DNA of 64,000 bases from Octopus vulgaris (Eukaryota): the NCBI GenBank assembly GCA_951406725.2, contig OX597827.1, positions 47,058,001 through 47,122,000 on the forward strand. The letters run 5' to 3'. Numbering within the stretch: position 1 is the first letter of the stretch; the number at the start of each line of letters is the position of its first letter. A program made the translations under genes and the position numbers. Below the pieces are notes generated by a model, which was given only the letters and a program-made list of their open reading frames with translations, ran no database searches and had not been told where the DNA came from. Of this stretch, positions 1 through 13,210 are shown one piece after another.

Positions 1-55
1 ATATACATACACATATACATGCATACATACATATATGCATACATACACACACGCA

Positions 56-97
<42 letters not shown>

Positions 98-162
98 TAT
101 ATACATATATAGATATACATACACATACATACACATACACATACATACACACATATATACAC

Positions 163-195
<33 letters not shown>

Positions 196-400
196 TACAT
201 ATATACACATATACATACATATACATACACACACACATACATATATACATATACACTGATACACATACCCATACATACACATGCATATACTTATATCACT
301 ACATACTCACATATATAAACATATATACATATACACACATACATATATACATGTACATACACATACGCATGCATATATATATATATACATATATATACAC

Positions 401-441
<41 letters not shown>

Positions 442-699
442 TACATATACACATATACATGTATACATACGCAAAAATGATACACATATATACACATACA
501 CACACACAGACAGATGCATATACATACATATATATATATAAACTACATATCTATATAAATACATACATAATACACATATACACACACATATATATACATT
601 CATGCATATACATATACAAGTATACATACACATACATACACACACACGCGCACACATACATATACACACACACATATACAAATACATACATACACACAT

Positions 700-732
<33 letters not shown>

Positions 733-766
733 CATACATGTACACATACACATATGTATATATATA
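1..766. repeat. Compound (TA)n/(CA)n/(TACA)n microsatellite, representative of dozens of tracts across the window
   Basis: Direct reading. Source of the YI/HT/VC-repeat ORFs. Confidence 0.97.
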
Positions 767-972
767 TCAACAAGGGAGGGTAAAGTTAATTAGTTATTAA
801 TCAATTTCATCAAGTGTTCAGTATGTAAAGGGACCATTATTATTTTGAGTAAACAATGTTAGAGGGAAAAAAATTCTCTAAGTAGTGGAAGAGGCTAAAA
901 AACTTTATTGGCTGCTATTTCTAGAAAGTTTAGTATGTGGCAAAGTAATTTATTTTATTTTCCTAAGCCCTA
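767..972 (-). mobile_element. Putative 3' terminal non-coding segment of the Penelope-like element at 1369-2300 (same family as 38335-38655 and 44571-44834)
   Basis: Unique island between microsatellites, downstream of the GIY-YIG ORF. Shares blocks 'ttaatcaatttca.caagt.ttcagtatgtaa.gggaccatt' and 'gctgctatttcta...gtt.agtatgtggcaaagtaattt' with 38335-38655. Confidence 0.55.
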
Positions 973-1101
973 ATTATATAATATTTTATACATACATACA
1001 CATACATAAGCACATACATTTACACATACATATGCATATACATATATACACATATACATACAAACACATATACACATATACACACACACACACATACAAG
1101 C

Positions 1102-1142
<41 letters not shown>

Positions 1143-1368
1143 AATATATATACATATATATTTTTACATGCATACATACACACACACACACATAATACAT
1201 GCGTATATTCCTACTGTACCCATGCATTTCTATACATATATACATACATACATACGATACACATATACAAGCGTGCACATATAATATGTGAAAGGTCTTA
1301 GGAGAAAAGGTAATCGGGGGTGCTAGGGGAACAGTGGGGTGGGGGGGGTTGTAGGGGGGGGGTTGTCA

Positions 1369-2300
1369 TCAATCAGGTTGCCGGGTAGGTCTATAGTTCT
1401 TGTAGTTCGCATACTTCTTATGCATGCAATTTGGGGAGTGTTCTGAAAATTTGTTAAGGAGAGGGCCTTTGGCGAACAAGATCTCTAGGCTCTCTGATAT
1501 GCATAGGTCACAGCAGGTATGTCCTCCTGTGTACGAGCGCGCCTTCTGTAGTAGTTTCCACTTGGTCTTGAAGGGGATTGAGTTCCTTTTAAGGTACCAG
1601 ATGTGGGCGGCGAGGGTAGTTTGGTTGGATTTATCCTGTCGCCGGAACGAGTGTGTATGTGCATACCAGCGGGTCTTAAAGCTGTTTGACGTCATTCCAA
1701 TGTAGGATTTACTTTTATCGTCAAGGCCTGATCTTACCTCGCATTTATATACTAGGTCCCTCTGTAGGCAGTTGTTGTTGAGGGGGCAGGTGGTTTTATC
1801 ATGGCAGTTGCAATTGCTATCGGACGTTGGATGGGCCCCGGAGAAAGTAGATATGTTAAGTTTTTTCACATTGTTGTTGGCTAGGTTCCTGGCTAGGTTG
1901 GGCGTGGTAGAGTAGGAGAGTCTAATAGTGTTCTTATTTAGGATAGTGTAGTACTTATGTTGGGTGGGGAAGTGTTTCTGTAGGAGAGTGAAAAAGATCT
2001 TAGCTACAGGTGTAGCGACCTCACGGTTGAAGGGGGGTTGTACCAGCTAATGTGTCTTCGTCTATTTTTCCTGGGTTGGCGTGGGGCTATACTAGTGTAG
2101 GTAATCTTATCTTTAAAACCACTGCGGGCCAGGGCCTCGTTGTAATAGGGGGCTGCGGCCTTAAAGATATCTTCCGTGGCGGACAGGCTAGAGATTCTAA
2201 TTGAGACACTTTTTACTAGGTTATCTAATATATTTCTGGGGTGGTTGGAATTGATATCTATATATCTAAGGGATTCATTTGGTTTGTGGTACGGGTAATG
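1369..2300 (-). mobile_element. 5'-truncated Penelope-like retroelement ORF (RT thumb/linker + C-terminal GIY-YIG endonuclease), Naiad-like; one frameshift near 2032-2037
   Basis: Translates as [22 protein letters not shown]...SIRISSLS...APYYNEALARSGF...WYNPP, then after a shift in a G homopolymer FNREVAT...KHFP...YSTTPN...CNCHDKTTCPLNNNC...LVYKCEV...SYIGMTSNSFKTRWYAHTHSF...CDLCISE. VY/YIG, catalytic R and the Cys/His motifs are typical of PLE GIY-YIG domains. Confidence 0.9.
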
Positions 2301-2638
2301 TGTGTGTGTGTATATATATATGGATGCGCGTGCGTGTGTGCACGTGTATGGGTACGCATGTATATGTGTATGTGCGTGTATGCGTATTCGTGTATGTATG
2401 TATGTGTGTGCGTAGATTTGTATATGTATGTGTGAGTGTGTATATATATATATATATATATAATATATATAGATGGGTGTGTGTATGCGTATAAATGCAT
2501 GTAAGTATGGATGTATGGATGTATGTATGTATGTATACGTATGTATGTGTGTATGTGTGTATGTATATATATATTGGTATATATGTTTGTGTATATATAT
2601 ATGTGTATGTATATTGTATGTGTGTATGTGTATATGTG

Positions 2639-2689
<51 letters not shown>

Positions 2690-3578
2690 TATGTATCTGT
2701 ATGTAGGAGTATATATGTGTGTGTGTGTATGTATAGGTTATATATATATATATATATGTATATTTATTGGTGTATATGTATAGACAGCCTCCTAAAGTGT
2801 AGACACGAATCTGTAGGTACGAGTACGTATGTGTATATACGTGAACGTATGTAGATGTTTGTATGTATGAATATAACGCGTGCGTACGTGTATGTGTATG
2901 AGTGTACGAATGGGTGAATGTACGTGCTAATGAGTGTGCGTGCGGGAATGAGTACTTGCCTTCTAGTAGACAGACAAATGGACATGCAGCCATTGCCAGG
3001 ATTCTTAGCCCTAGCGATCAAAGATAACAAAAGTAATAAATGAAGATAATAAAATTAAAATTAGGGAATGGGCCTGTATTGGATTGTATATATATATATA
3101 TGTATATGTATATTTGTATGTATGTATGTGTGTATGTGTAGGTATGTATAGGTACACATGTGTATGTGTATGTGTATGTATATATGTGTGTATGTATGTA
3201 TGTGCACACATGTATATATATATATGTATGCGTGTATATGTTATATATATATATATGTGTACATAGGTGTATGTGGGTGTATGTATATATAGGTGTAAAT
3301 ATGTGTATATAGGGAACTAGGTGTGTTGTGTGTGCATGAGTGTATGTGCGTATGAATATATATTTTTATGTGTATATATGTATGTGTGGTCGTGGGTATA
3401 TATATATATATATACATGTGTGTATGCGTGCATGCATGGGAGTGAGTGTATGCATATATACGTGTGTGTATGTGTAGACAGGTATAGGCATGTGCATGTG
3501 TATAAATTTGTATATGTGGGCGGGTGTATGTATGTGTGTATGTAGATATGTATGTATGTGTGTATATATGTATATGTA

Positions 3579-3621
<43 letters not shown>

Positions 3622-3689
3622 GTGTGTGTATATATATGTGTATGTATGTATGTGTGTGTAGATACGTATACATGTGTGTATAGGTATAA

Positions 3690-4151
3690 GTGAGAATCTC
3701 CTTATTTACCTATAACTCTATCCCCCTTTTTTTATATATATATTTTTTTATATATATATTTTATATATATATTTTTTTATATATATTTTTTATATTTTTT
3801 ATTTTTTTATTTTTTTATTTTATTTTATTTTTTTATTTTTTATTTATTTATTTTTTTATTTTTTTATTTATCTATTCTTTCATCTAACTTACCACTGACT
3901 CCTTGACCACTCCCCCAAGTATGATATTTTGCGCTATGCCTACCCCCAAAAAGTCCCCCACCACCACTCCTTTAAACCTGCCTAAATGTATAAATGCTAA
4001 TACAATTCTTGTTAAATAGCTTCCTGAAGATTTCTCTTGAATGAAACAGTACTAGTCCTGTAGAAGCTCCTTCTATATAATAAATTAATTTTACTCTGCT
4101 ATGTATTGAGTACCTTACTTACTGTGGTTAACCCCGAATCAACCCGGGACC

Positions 4152-4152
<1 letters not shown>
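3690..4152 (+). mobile_element. Non-coding Penelope-like terminal (pLTR-type) segment containing a hammerhead, ending in (TA)n
   Basis: Unique sequence bounded by microsatellites, with a HHR at 4018-4068. Confidence 0.55.
4018..4068 (+). ncRNA. Type I hammerhead ribozyme
   Basis: agcttc-CTGAAGA-t-ttc-tctt-gaa-t-GAAA-cag-tactagtc-ctg-TA-gaagct: 6-bp stem I, intact core, stem III cag/ctg, GUA cleavage triplet. Confidence 0.8.
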
Positions 4153-4235
<83 letters not shown>

Positions 4236-4603
4236 CGTGTGTCTTTGTGTTAGTGTTCGACAACAAGTTATGGCTTCATTATCATTCAATAATGCTGATG
4301 TTCAAGAAAATGAGTCCGATAGAAAAGGTACCGGGCGTAAAAATAAGTCGTAGGGTCGACTTATTCGCCAAAAACCTTCAAGGTGGTTACCTGGCACAAG
4401 TACAATACACAAACCGAAACAGGGTTAAAAAAATATATATATTGATTTTATTAGATTCGAGGCCTATTAAAATGTATTGTGGGTTATAAAACATAGTGTA
4501 TAATATCTGAAAAAAATATCGGTGTCTTAGACATAATCTTTTGTGTTTTTTGCTTGCTTAGTCTGAAGGAAGTGACCGTGACTATTACTTTCGATAGCCC
4601 TAC

Positions 4604-4640
<37 letters not shown>

Positions 4641-4662
<22 letters not shown>

Positions 4663-5113
4663 CATATCAAGGGGAAATGGAAATATTTTAAAATTTACAT
4701 TTCCAGTGGTCTAACTTTTCCATTTCCCTTTGATTTGATTAAATATTGTAAGTTTTTGGATAATTTTCGGTTTTAAGAGTTGGCATTTTTTTATTGCTGT
4801 CGAAGGACTGCGGCTGCGCAGTAGATTTTGAAAAGATTAGGACGTATAAATTAGGGGCAGTTAGTTTGATCGCCCCCTGTGTATACGTTTAACCCTAGGT
4901 GTTCCTGCTGAAGACGATTGCAGGGTTCATTTACTCGCTAAACTAAAATTAGAAACCAATTGGTCCAGAAAATTAGATGGTAAAATGTTTTTATTTTTCA
5001 TTCCGTTCTTGTTGAATTTTATCCCTAATTTTTGTGGTTATAGAACCTAGCTGTTCTTTCTAGCGTGTTGAATCCTATAAGTGGATTCCTCATGTGTTTA
5101 AATGTACACTGTA
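4641..5113 (+). mobile_element. (TA)n-flanked non-coding PLE-type element with inverted head and hammerhead motif
   Basis: 4641-4663 (atcatatcaaggggaaatggaaa) is inverted at ~4717-4739. HHR motif at 4905-4968. Long (TA)n on both sides. Confidence 0.6.
4905..4968 (+). ncRNA. Type I hammerhead motif, weak stem II
   Basis: ctg-CTGAAGA-(37 nt)-GAAA-ccaattgg-TC-cag: palindromic stem III, GUC triplet, short stem I. Stem II pairing is poor. Confidence 0.55.
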
Positions 5114-5173
<60 letters not shown>

Positions 5174-5299
5174 AAGTAAGATTAAGATTCAGTTGAATTA
5201 GGTACTTAAGTTGAGGCACCAATCTGTCCAGTATTGTCCGCACAGCTCGAAGTTAAGTTAATAAAAAGCAAACAAGTAACAAACATCTCCAGGTGTCAG

Positions 5300-5386
5300 T
5301 GCATTGCGGTCGTTTCAAGCGACTCCATTTAATCGATGAATGCAAACATTACATCAATTTGAAATAAAACGCTCTCCTCGGATGCG
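5300..5386 (-). ncRNA. Decayed type I hammerhead (family of 55268-55357)
   Basis: Minus strand: gcat-CCGAGGA-gagcg...cgctt-GAAA-cgaccg-CA-atgc. Stems intact, core U4 and U16 mutated. Flank 5171-5300 resembles 55133-55268. Confidence 0.5.
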
Positions 5387-5748
5387 TACGACAAGATAGA
5401 TTTCCAACATACTCCATTATAAGATACTCCATCATAATTTTTTTAGCAATTCTTTCATCAGTACTAGAGACTAAAATACATCACTTGATTTTGCTATTAT
5501 TGTAGCAGAATGAATTTCGGGAAAAAACACCTAAAGCCTACTATGGTTTAGAGTGGCTTGAGGAGATAATGGAGGTCAATGAAGAGGAATGCTGATATAG
5601 TTAGATAGATGAATGTAGTTACATCACTATTCCTCTTTATTGGCACCCAAATCAGTTGTACTTGAAATGAAAATGCTAAGCCTTTTCACACTCTGTGTCA
5701 CTCTGTATCTCTCTGAGAACTATGTTAAAGGTATGTGTGTCTATGGAG

Positions 5749-6237
5749 AAGGCGGCGAGCTGGCAGAATCGTTAGCACGCCGGGCGAAATGCTTAACCGT
5801 ATTTCGTCTGCCGTTACGTTCTGAGTTCAAATTCGGCCGAGGTCGACTTTGCCTTTCATCCTTTCGGGGTCGATAAATTAAGTACCAATTACGCACTGGG
5901 GTCGATGTAATCGACTTAATACCTATGTCTGTCCTTGTTTGTCCCTTCTATGTTTAGCCCATTGTGGGTAATAAACAAATAGGTCTGTGTGTCTATGGTG
6001 AAGGCGGCGAGCTGGCAGAATCGTTAGCACGCCGGGCGAAATACTTAGCGGTATTTCGTCTGCCGTTACGTTCTGAGTTCAAATTCCGCCGGGGTCGATT
6101 TTGCCTTTCATCCTTTCGGGGTCGATAAATTAAGTACCAGTTACGCACTGGGATCAATATAATCGACTTCATCCGTTTGCCTGTCCTTGTTTGTCCCCTC
6201 TGTGTTTAGCCCCTTGTGGGTAATAAAGAAATAGGTA
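5749..6237 (+). mobile_element. Two tandem copies of a tRNA-derived SINE with a MetaSINE-like central domain
   Basis: Copies at ~5749-5982 and ~6001-6237: ggcggcgagctggcagaatcgttagc (A box), gagttcaaattcc (B box), gactttgcctttcatcctttcggggtcgataaattaagtaccag. Confidence 0.85.
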
Positions 6238-6913
6238 TGTGTGTCTATGAAGTACTCTGCTACCTGTACGTTAATTTTACAATTGGGCTGTTCCATTGAT
6301 CGGATCAACAGTAGCACTCATCGCGATAACCGACGGAGTGCCAGAGCAGGCCAGACAAAGCCAGGCCAGACCAGGCTAGTTTGTGTATATTTGTGTATGT
6401 GCTTTCGTTACTTTCACACTTTCTTTTTGTCTACTTTGAATAAGTATTAGTTTGTGTAACCATAGAAAAAAACCCATCGATTTACATCGTTAGACATCAC
6501 ATTACGTCGCATTAAATCGAATTTCATAGTTGTGTACGCGGGTTAAAGTTTTCAATAATTTTTTTCTTCTAAAAGAAATTCTTCAGACTCACTAAATAAG
6601 TAGACATAAATTACAACGGCAACGACAGAGAGAGAGAGAGAGAGGGTGGAATGAGTGAATGTGTATGAGAAAGAGAGAGGGGTAAAGAGAGGAGCTTCCA
6701 GATATTTGTGTAATATGAGAACTTGAGAGATTCATTGTAAATGGTCCGAAGTTGGTTGTGGGTGGATATAGACACCCTCAGTGTATAATATAATACACGT
6801 TAGAATATAATATAGTTGTATATAATATAATAAATTTAATGTGATATAATACTCTACATTATAGTATAAGTTTCTTTTTCTCTATTACGTATAAGCGTAT
6901 ACATACATATATA

Positions 6914-6965
<52 letters not shown>

Positions 6966-7376
6966 TATATACACACGCATATATTATCTATGCTGTAGCG
7001 TAATGTATTATACTTGAAACTGTATAAATGTCTAAAGGTTAGTTTCGTGTATTAAATTCTGCACTGAATGTTTCATATTTATAGCGAAAAGTCGATTTCT
7101 GTATTTTGTGATTGCTACAGACAGAACCACTTTTATACGGATTTTTTGTTTCTTTATATATATTCTATCAAAAACTTCGATTGACCGAACTTATTAAAGT
7201 CAACTCCCCTGCTTGCAATTTATTACGTAGGGTGTTTTTGTCTCCTAATTCTAAAGATAATCTCAGTTAATCGAAAATTTTCATCTCAATGTATAACATA
7301 TATGGGAGGCTATTGGATATCCTGAGACACTTTCACACGAAGATATTGTTGATGTTCATGATTAACGACATCACAC

Positions 7377-7477
<101 letters not shown>

Positions 7478-7577
7478 ATAAAGTTAATCCAAACAAGAAA
7501 ACAGAAAAAAACGCAGCAACGCGAGGACGTGGAACAATTAAATTATTATTTGACGCTCAGGAAAGAAGGGAAGGAGG

Positions 7578-7612
7578 GTTTAACGTTTCGAGCGGAGCTC
7601 TTCGTCGGAAAC
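7578..7612 (-). ncRNA. Minimal type I hammerhead motif (U4C core) in a PLE-type terminal fragment (~7480-7690)
   Basis: Minus strand: gttt-CCGACGA-a-gagc-tcc-gctc-GAAA-c-GTT-aaac. Stem III is reduced to GAAAC-GUU, as in minimal PLE hammerheads. Confidence 0.55.
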
Positions 7613-7994
7613 AAGGAGAAGGAAAGATCCCGAGAAGGGAAGACAGTGGAAAAAAATATTTTTGCTGGTGGTGCTCAAGAGATCATATCAATCCGTCTGT
7701 CTATCCAGCTGTCTGCCTATCTAACTATTTATCTATCTAGCTATTTATATATCTATCTGTCTGTCTATCTCTGCACACACACACACACACACTCACACAA
7801 ACGCACACACACGCATATGGATACACACACACAACACTCTCACACACATATATACATCACTACACTGACGTCGATGTAGTTACGTAATTTCGCAAAGCGA
7901 TTCTGTAATATCGACGGTCGATATAATAAAACTAGTGTATGCTTTATAAAGCTTAAAATACCAATTACATTTTCAGTATTCTATCAACACTCAC

Positions 7995-8114
7995 TTTTGC
8001 GCGTCTCTATTCTGTATGCTAGCCTAAGCCGTTGTTTGATTGCCTTCATATAACCGCACTGGATGGCGAAGTGGCGTGTGGTAGTGGAATTTACGTCGGA
8101 CCGTGTTGCCCGAA
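7995..8114 (-). other. Candidate isolated 120-bp exon
   Basis: Minus strand tattctgttcAG|...|GTgagt. One open frame (RATRSDVNSTTTRHFAIQCGYMKAIKQRLRLAYRIETRK), symmetric phase. No protein family recognised. Confidence 0.2.
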
Positions 8115-8789
8115 CTGAACAGAATATCCATCACTGAAGGGGTTTAAAAAGAATGTAATGTATGGAAAATGCCAGTAGATATAAATGGGACTTTAAACTA
8201 TGTGAATTTAGTATGTGGAACGCACGGTCAAGTTATTTCCCCTGTATCATGTAATCCAGTAACAATGGTATTTTTTATGTTATCTATGTGTATATTTTCT
8301 CACTCAACATTGATTTCCCTATAGGATATATTATAAATAAACCGAAGCCATCAGACAGAGAGAGAACAGTAAGAGCAAGTTATTGACTTTATACACGCTG
8401 TTGTTAGTAAATTTTAATTGGAATATGTATCGGCTCCAGCCGAAACGTTGTAAAGTCTCCAAAAACTCTTATCTCAATGCGCAATTCTTTGTATTTAAAA
8501 GTGCAAAGTGGTTTTTTTGTTTAATTCAGAGTTACTAACATTTTCGTAATGTTAGTATTCGTGGCAGAGGAATTTCATCACTATTTCAAGGATTCCAAGT
8601 TGCCTGTCATAAAAAAGACAAAATACAAAACAAAACAAAAAGTAAAAATCATAGGCATGGCTGTAGAACATCGCAATCACATAATTTCGCGTTCAGTTCC
8701 ACTACACAGCACATTAGGTTTTTTGTACTGTAACTCTGGGGTGCCCAATGCTATGTGTATGAATTTGGAAAACGCAAAAAGTGTAGATA

Positions 8790-8911
8790 AATGCTCGCTT
8801 TTCAACCACATGGTTCCAGGTTCAGTCTCTCTACGTAGCACCTTGGGCAAGTGTCTTCTACTATAGCCTCGGGTCGACCAAAGCCTTGTGGGAAACTGAA
8901 AGAAGCCCGTC

Positions 8912-8968
<57 letters not shown>

Positions 8969-9092
8969 TATGTACTTATGTGACTGTGTTTACATCCCCG
9001 TAACCTAGCGTAGGCTTACAAAGAATACGTCCTGGAGTCGATGGCCACAGTCAAATGACTGAAACAAGTACAAGAATAAATGAATAAAAGAA
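8790..9092 (+). mobile_element. tRNA-derived SINE with CORE-like domain and LINE-like tail, interrupted by (TA)n
   Basis: ccacatggttccaggttcagtc...gcaccttgggcaagtgtcttctactatagcctcgggtcgaccaaagccttgtg...gaaagaagcccgtcg; tail atggccacagtcaaatgactgaaacaag. Confidence 0.75.
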
Positions 9093-9159
9093 TATATATA
9101 TATATAAATGAAAAAACTTTGCATTCTCATTTCTTAAGATATTTTATTTGTTTTCCATT

Positions 9160-9372
9160 AAGGCGGTAATAAGCAGAATCGTTAACGCGCCGGGTAAAAT
9201 GCTTATCGGCATTTCGTCCACCTATACGTTCTGGGTTCAAATGCCACGCCGGGATCGACTCTGCCTTTTATCCTTTCGGGGTTGATAAAGAAAGTACCAG
9301 TTGAGCATTGAGGTCGATGTTATCGATTTGCCCCTACTGATGGACTTGTGCCAAAACTTTGAAACCAATATT
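9160..9372 (+). mobile_element. Diverged MetaSINE-like SINE copy
   Basis: Similar to 5749-5982 (gcagaatcgttaacgcgccgg...gactctgccttttatcctttcggggttgataaa). Confidence 0.75.
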
Positions 9373-10611
9373 CGCCTTCATTTGTTACCACACAATAACT
9401 GATTTCCTTAAAGAAAAATACGATAAAAGACCCCAGAAGTGCGCAGCTGTAAGTTTATTACATTTGTTATTGTTACTGTTGATAGGATCAATAGAGAGTA
9501 TAGAGAAGACCTGTAACGAAAAGCCTTCAAACTGACTATCTCGCACTTTTCTTTAGATGCAGTATCTCTAGGGCTACGAGAGGTGTATGAAAAGTCTTGA
9601 GCCTCAAAAATTCAATACATGGTACAAGACTTCTGATGAAGGCACAAGACTTCAATGCTGAAAGGCCTTGAAGGTTCAAAACTTTTCATACACCACTCGT
9701 ACATTATTCAATATCGTTTCTGTTGTAAATTTGATACTGCTGGGTTTGAGGGATATTTGTTGGCATTTTCTAGCAGGTCGAAGGATAATGTAGAGGTTAT
9801 CACAGCTCGACAAGAGTTAAATGAATTCAAAACGAATGTAACTCGCTGCAAGTAACGTTATATGAACTGTCGTTTCTTCATTGACTCTACACGTCTATCA
9901 CATGTTAACCTATATTATAGAAATTACCCAGAGGGTTGCTTGCAGAGGAGATGAGATGGGAAGTTTAATGAAAATGTGATATCTAATTACGGAAAGAGTA
10001 GAGAAGGACGAAGGAGATGACAAGCAACAGATATGTTGCTGTGTATTGACAGAATAACATATTTGGAGATGAAACAGAGAAAAGAAATCAATTAGAAGAA
10101 TCTAGAAAATAAGGGGGAAATAAAAACAACGAAAAATATTAACAACTTGAAACTTCGAAAAACGTGATACGATCCTCTGTGCCTGATTTCTATTGCACAT
10201 AAACTTAATTGGCATTCATAATCGAATATATAATGTTTTTGAAGCGAACATGGAATATTGGGGAGTTGGGTTAATATGCAGCCGAAAGACGTAGGGTGAT
10301 ATTAACAGGAAAAGCGCTACATTACAAGGAGATAATTATCGCCTTTTTATTTCATAATTCATCGACCTGTCCGTTTTTGAATTATCTTTTTATCACTTCA
10401 GCAAAGGGGGATAAACTGTGGTTATCATTCATTTTTTTAGGGCAGATAAGAGAGGTGTTAGAATGGTAAGGATGTTATCATTAAACTATCCTGGATACTC
10501 GCAATAGAGTGGGTGCCACTAGCGATGCATAAGCATTAACATAACACTATTAGTTGATTCTTAGAAGGGACATACACAGATACACAAACATATACATACA
10601 TACACACCCAC

Positions 10612-10685
<74 letters not shown>

Positions 10686-10719
10686 TTATATACGTTTGTG
10701 TATCTGTCATGTGTCAATA

Positions 10720-11750
10720 GAAAAATGAAAACATCTGGCGTCAACAAGAAGGAGTTCTGTTGGACATTTATTTTCAATCACTGCAATTGCTTCTATGCAA
10801 CGCAGTTCTCCAGGCTTTCTGGTAGTTGATTCTGCTATCGTTCCGCTTCATTATGAGACCTAGTTGCGTTTTTTCAAGCGATTTGTAAATATTGCTAAAA
10901 TTTGTAAATAAGTTCAAATTCTCGGCTTCAAGAGCATCCTCTCTGTCTGTCGTGACCTGAATCTAGTAGTAATATAGTGATGTTGCTGAAGAACCGTTAA
11001 CAAACTGCGTTGAATGTGTAGATGTAATGGGATAGTGATTCTGCTACTGTTAAAGTGGTTGCCGTTCAAAAGAGATTCGCGTTTGATTTCTTTGTACTGT
11101 TGATTTTCTCTTCATGGTTGGTTACACATGTGATTGTTCTTCGCCGACCTTTAAGAGTCGTCCTATACATACACATACATGGTCGTTCACATATACATCC
11201 ATATACGTACATGGTCGTTCACATATTCAACCATATATATACACATGTGTGCGAGTGCCAGTATGTATATGGGTGTATATGTGAACGACCATGCGTGTGT
11301 ATTTGTTCGAGCGTTTGTATGTATATATGGATGTATATGTGAACGACCATGTATGTTTTAATGTAGGCCAACTCTTAAAGGACAGCTAAGGTCAATCGCA
11401 TGTGTAACCAGCCATGAAGAAAAAATCAACAGTACAAAGAAATGCAGTACCAGAATCATTCTCCCACTACATCTACACATTCAAATCAGTCTGCCGATGG
11501 CCCTTCATCAACAAAACACTTTGAAAAACTAAGGAACTACTACTAAATTCAGACCACAACAGACACATAGGATGTTCTTGAAGCGGAGGATTTGAAGTTA
11601 CGGAGACAATATTTACAAATCACCTGAGAAGAGACAACTAGATCTCATAGTGCAGAGAAACGGATGCATAATCAAGTACGTGCGTAGAAACAATTGTAGT
11701 GATTGAAAAATAAATGTCCAACCGTACTTATTGTTGACTCCAATTTTTTA
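10720..11750. repeat. Old, diverged long inverted repeat (~500-bp arms)
   Basis: ttggacatttattttcaatcactgcaattgcttcta (~10760) vs tagaaacaattgtagtgattgaaaaataaatgtccaa (~11685). Also tttctttgtactgttgattttctcttcatgg vs ccatgaagaaaaaatcaacagtacaaagaaa. Confidence 0.85.
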
Positions 11751-11782
11751 AAAATTATATATATATATATATGTATATATAT

Positions 11783-12031
11783 GTTCCTTCTCGAGCCATG
11801 CCAGGCTCATTAGCCGCCGGTATCTCGGTTTCAGAGGCGTAGACATTCTCCACCTGGATGGGACGCTGGTCCGTCACAGGATTACCCATTTTTGCCAGCT
11901 GAGTAGACTGGAGCAACGTGAAAATGAAGTGTTTTGCTCAGGAACAGAACGCATCGCCCGGTCCAGGAATCGAAACCACAACCTAACGATCATGAGTTCA
12001 ACACCCTAACCACTAAGCCACGCGCCTCCAC
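11783..12031 (-). mobile_element. tRNA-derived SINE with V-SINE-like central domain
   Basis: Minus strand gtggaggcgcgtggcttagtggttagg...ggtttcgattcc...tgagcaaaacacttc...ttgctccagtctactcagctg...gacggaccagcgtcccatccagg...gctcgagaaggaaca. Related to 40003-40310. Confidence 0.75.
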
Positions 12032-12038
12032 ACGCACG

Positions 12039-12100
<62 letters not shown>

Positions 12101-13210
12101 TTTTACACATAATTTAGAGTTACACACACACATATACACACATATGCACACATATATACACATATATACATTTGCACATAGTTTAAAGTTACATATGTAT
12201 ATCATAGAAATTCGTCACATAAATTTGTGTTACATATACATTATATACATTTTTCACATAGTTTAAAGTCATATATATATTATCTACTTTTATTTATGTA
12301 GCAAATAAGAATTAAATTTGCTGCGTCAGAACCCGAGCTACGCCATCAAGGTGCTTTCATACTATGCCCTTCTACTAAAACTCCATTCACAAAGCGGTTT
12401 TGGCTAATCCGAGGCAATGGTAAAAAACTAGATTCTAAGGTGGCTCGCAGTTGGATCATACCCGAAATTTTGCTGTTGCACTGTTAGCTTGTTAATCAGA
12501 CAACCACATTTGTTTAGTGCTGACATGTCAAATGACGTAATACTGAAACTGAAAGCAGTATGTTTCAAAGAGATTCAGGTTTGCTTGTATTGCGTTAATC
12601 CCTCTATCTTAGATGTTACGAAATTGACTAAATTAACAGAGCAAAAGTAACGAGTGAAGCAGTTAACCAATGTTAATGTTTAAACTAAGATTTTATTGCA
12701 AGAGTGGAAGAAAAAGAAGCTGCTATCCAATATCGTGCGAACATTGATATTGGATGTCAGTTTAGTAAAGGGATCTATGAACTAAAGAACAAGGAAAGAG
12801 AAAGGCTAAACGTGTTACCTCTCCAGGCAATAAAGCGATATGCAAACAACCAAAGTATAAAATAAATTAACTAGCCATCGAGGAAACCCTAATGTGGTCG
12901 CAAACCCGGTTAAAAATAAAAGCGAAGTGCATCCTTGCAAGCACACACAAACATAATTTGAAAAAACAGGACACATTCGATAATGTAGTTGTAGATACAT
13001 TATATTCGTGAAACAGGTAAGATAGTCACGGTCGGAATGTCTTTGAACATAAGTCTTCCAGGTCATGGCAAAGCCGAGTCTAATATAATAGCGGCGAACA
13101 TGACAACGATAAAAAGCGAATCAATAAAATCAATTAAAATGGTGGTGAAGAATATAAAACATTTTGTGCCTATTTTAGAATGATGGTAGATGGGAACAGA
13201 AGGAAGGAAA

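Noticed and set aside
8384-8458. ggct-cc-agcc-GAAAcgttGTA-aagtc half hammerhead
   Set aside because: CUGANGA box is missing.
9626-9675. ctgatga-a-ggca...tgct-gaaa hammerhead-like motif
   Set aside because: No stem III/NUH or stem I partner after GAAA; at most a relic.
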